From Eledone cirrhosa (taxonomy: Eukaryota), in assembly GCA_964016885.1 (NCBI GenBank), contig OZ024758.1, forward strand, positions 17,918,001 through 17,982,000: a stretch of 64,000 bases of DNA, given 5' to 3'. Below are positions 60,527 to 64,000 of this stretch, piece after piece (position 1 is the first letter of the stretch; every line of letters starts with the position of its first letter). The notes under the pieces are model-generated. The model worked only from the letters and a program-made list of their open reading frames with translations. It made no database searches and was not told the origin of the DNA. A program made the position numbers and the translations under genes.

Positions 60527-60828
60527 GCTGGTGAATTCGAGAAGGAGAGGGGTGCCCTTCCCGGGTGCCCTAGGAGCGTCGGGTGGCTCAGGACTGGTGG
60601 GGTGCTTGAGTCAACCCTGGGTGGTGATCCCTCTTATTGGGGAACTTTCATTGTTGTATTTTTATTGTTATTTTGTTTTTGTTTTTTTTGTTATTTATAC
60701 TTACTCGATCTCTATGTAAACCCCCACTGTCCCTGTCTATTGTGTTGTCCCCTATATGTCGGCCCTTGTGGCCAATAAATGAAATCATTATTATTATTAT
60801 TATTTGTAGTAGTAGTAGGCCATATGTT

Positions 60829-60948
60829 TGGTAGTATCATTAGAGTGTCAGATAACATGCTCTACAGCATAGGAATTATGGCCTGTTTAATCGACTTTCC
60901 CCTCCCCTAAATTTGCTGGCCTCGTGCCTATATAAGACAATATTATTA
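60829..60948 (+). mobile_element. Internally deleted SINE copy
   Basis: Head and tail segments joined. Confidence 0.6.
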
Positions 60949-61759
60949 CGTATTTATTAACGTCGCTTTATCTCCATAATTAAACACCTCTTTTAATTAA
61001 CGTACATCTGCCACAGTGACTTGTTTGTTGTCTTCATATGTATTACAACTATTTCACTTATGTAGAATCGCGACGAGGTTTATTCTTTTCCAAGTAAATA
61101 TTTCTGTACACAGACTCCACTACCGAATGATGATTTAGCGTTACAAACTTTTGCTCTCAAATTTTTCGTCGCGTTTTCTAAAGCATCAAAAGTAATTGGC
61201 AGGATCATGAACTTGTCAAATTCTTTATTCGAGAAATTCAGAATTTCATAAAGTCGGCATAACTTTCAAAATGTTTTTAATTTATTTTATTATTTTATTA
61301 TTTATTTTTTTGTTTTGGGGGTTCTTGTATGAAATGCACATACAACGTCAATTAAAAAAAATGAACATTCGCATTTTCAAGAATGACAACAATATCCGGC
61401 TTGTTGTGATATATACCTCGTTTTGTGTGGAACAAGCACATAATATCCTCACTTCATCGTTTTCAAGTGATTGCATTTCTGCTACGAAATGGATGTAGAG
61501 CTAAATCTGTTGCAAACATTCCTGTGAATTATTGCAACAAATTTATTCTCTGTTAAACATTATGAACAAGGTCTTAGAATTCTGATAAAATTTAAGCTAG
61601 AATATCATCTCCTGTGACGTATCCTCTATATATGAACACACAGGCCTGTTTCATTCATGTGTGTTCATGTGGTGATACAATTCTTAATCTCTCTCTCTTC
61701 TCTGTCTGCCTATCTCTAACTATCTCTCTATCAGAATAAAAAAATATATATATATATAT

Positions 61760-61997
61760 AAGAACGAGTAGGACCCCGACGGCTGAGCTAAAGCCGTTTC
61801 GACAGCTAATTCTGGACTAAATGAACATTTTTTTTCCTGGTACATTTAGGTATATTTAATTCAGAATTAGCCGTCGAAACGGCTTGAGCTCAGCCGTCGG
61901 GGTCCTACTCGTTCCTATTATCCACTCTACTACCCTAAGTATTGAGTACTTTGGTGCGTTATGGTCCACCTGGTTCCTTACCACATTTCCTTCGTTA
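61760..61997. mobile_element. Fold-back family B, second copy
   Basis: Opposite orientation to 5119-5327, same outer ends, longer spacer, TA flanks. Confidence 0.85.
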
Positions 61998-62107
61998 TAT
62001 ATATATATATATATATTCTGATATATATATTCTGAATTGCCTCCTCTATTTTGTTTGTTTCATTTACTAACTATATATATATATATAATATATAAATATA
62101 TATATAA

Positions 62108-62513
62108 TATATAAGAACAAAAGATGGTTAAAAGAGTTCCATGTATTTTATTATGCGCATTTCAAAAAAAAATATCATCATGCAATAATATGTGTTTTCA
62201 TCAGATAAAACAGGAAGACATGATATGAAGGTTAAAAAACACTTGTGGATAGTTCAGTTTTAAATCAACAAATGAACTATCCACAAGTGTTTTTTAACCT
62301 TCATATCATGTCTTCCTGTTTTATCTGATGAAAACACAAATATTATTGCATGATGATATTTGTTTTTGAAATGCGCATAATAAAATACATGGAACTCTTT
62401 TAACCATCTTTTGTTCTTATATATTATGTATACTCCAGTCCTACAAACTGTAGAGTGCTTCTTATCCGATATCTGCATTGCTTTATTGTACTACAATAAA
62501 ACTCACCTCCTAC

Positions 62514-62516
<3 letters not shown>
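62108..62516. mobile_element. Fold-back family E with HHRs at 62146-62210 (-) and 62319-62385 (+)
   Basis: Arms ~62108-62256 and 62273-62423, right arm ~90 nt longer. ttttat-CTGATGA-long AU stem-GAAA-tgcgca-TA-ataaaa. Confidence 0.85.
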
Positions 62517-62549
<33 letters not shown>

Positions 62550-62554
<5 letters not shown>

Positions 62555-62846
62555 GTGGTTACACAACAGTTAGTTCACCATACCGAGAACAATTGTTTCA
62601 CCTTAGCGGATCATCAGCTCGGAATGTGCATGGTTTTAGGAACAGGAAGGACAACCGTACGAACGGTTCGTACGGTTGTCCTTCCTGTTCCTATACCCAT
62701 ACCCATTCCGAGCTGATGATCCGCTAAGGTGAAACAATTGTTCTCGGTATGGTGAACTAACTGTTGTGTAACCACTTCTACCTAACTCTTCCCATGGACT
62801 GAGTGCTCTACCACTACGGATATTACCTTCCAGTGTTCCACCACTA
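62550..62846. mobile_element. Fold-back family D, second copy, with HHRs at 62583-62622 (-) and 62708-62747 (+)
   Basis: Arms 62550-62663 and 62666-62780, right arm ~65 nt longer. ccgag-CTGATGA...GAAAcaattgTT-ctcgg. Confidence 0.87.
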
Positions 62847-63244
62847 TATATATATATCCTAATGTCATCAGCAAAATTGTTTGTGTCAATCAGATATTCC
62901 TTAGACGGTCGTCAGTTTTGGCAGATTCCTCAAACACTCCTTCCAGTGGGTTTCGTCAGATAAGGAGCAACCGTCTCCAACTGATCCGACTGGATCCCCA
63001 AGCGTTACCAGCGAAGCTCATTGATGTTATCAAACCATCTTGCTCGGGATCTATTCTTTAAAAAAAAATCTCTTTTATGAAATTCGTTTTAATAACAAAA
63101 CATTTTCCGAAAAATAGATTTTTTCTATAGTGACATACGTACGATTCAAATATTCAAATATTTAATCTTAGATTTCAAACTATTACGTAAATTAAAATTC
63201 TTGAAATCGTATCATCTCATGTTTTACAGATTAATTCTTCTCAT

Positions 63245-63500
63245 TTATTTTAATATTTGCTTTAATATTAGTTTAATACTTTTTTAATATTTATTTTAAT
63301 ACTTGTTTAATATTTTAATAGTTAGTTTAAAATTTGTTTAATATTTTATATTTGCTTTACTATTTATGTAATATTTAAATATTTCGTTTACTATTTTAAT
63401 ATTTGCTTTAATATTAGTTTAATATGTTAATATTTAGTTTGATACTTGTTTAATATTTTAACGTTTGCTTTAATACTTGTGTAATATTTTAATATTTGCT
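63245..63500. repeat. AT-rich short-unit tandem repeat
   Basis: Repeated tttaatattt / gctttaatat / acttgtttaat units. Confidence 0.8.
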
Positions 63501-63779
63501 CAGCGCTAACGAATTGAAATTAATTTAGTCCTGAATTATATTATATCTTGTGTTCTGGGGACGCAGATTTTAACTTCATTAATTCAGTTATTTGTTTGGT
63601 TGTCAGGAGTCTGCCTCAAGTTTTAAAATAATCCTGTCCTTCGTCTTCTTGATTTTACTTTCATTTATTTGCAATACGTCTTTCTATTACAAGAACTGGT
63701 GCAACAATGATAACCAAAGGAAATAAAATAAAAACGATAGTAATAATGATAATACTACGTATAATGGTTTATGTTGACA

Positions 63780-64000
63780 CTGCTGCTGCTGCTACTACTA
63801 CTATTACTACTACTATAACTACCACTACTAATGCCATAACTACAACAACTACTACTACTACTACTACTACTACTAATGCCATAACTACAACAACTACTAC
63901 TACTACTACTACTAATGCTATAACTACTACTACTACTACTACTTCTACTACTACTACTAATAACACTACTACGACTCCTATTCCTCCTCCTCCTACTACT
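63780..64000. repeat. (ACT)n-based microsatellite with a higher-order unit
   Basis: actact...aatgccataactacaacaact repeats. Confidence 0.9.

Larger units (their letters stand above)
54950..60803 (+). mobile_element. Apparently full-length Tx1/L1-clade LINE
   Basis: ~210-nt 5' UTR, ORF1, ORF2, 3' UTR with aataaa, and (ATT)n at both ends. Confidence 0.9.

Overview
AT-rich, microsatellite-laden eukaryotic intergenic or intronic DNA. The SINE families suggest an octopod cephalopod, but this is inference. No host gene can be supported, and most ORFs in the track are translations of (TA)n/(CA)n/(GAT)n tracts. All real coding sequence is retrotransposon-derived: three 5'-truncated R4/Dong-type LINEs stacked in a (TAA)n tract (7.9-10.6 kb), a Penelope-like element (PLE; RT + GIY-YIG) with a 1.07 kb inverted copy of its 3' end (18.7-21.4 kb), RTE- and CRE-type fragments, and a near-intact Tx1/L1-clade LINE (55.0-60.8 kb). 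There are also about 20 copies of a tRNA-derived SINE, four DNA-transposon MITEs and several minisatellites. The most striking signal is non-coding. Reading by eye finds more than 20 type I hammerhead ribozyme (HHR) motifs from over a dozen unrelated sequence families. Many sit in short fold-back elements embedded in (TA)n tracts. These have one long arm and one short arm, the short arm stopping at an internal TA, which is the same geometry as the coding PLE. All coordinates and folds were read by eye and need computational confirmation.
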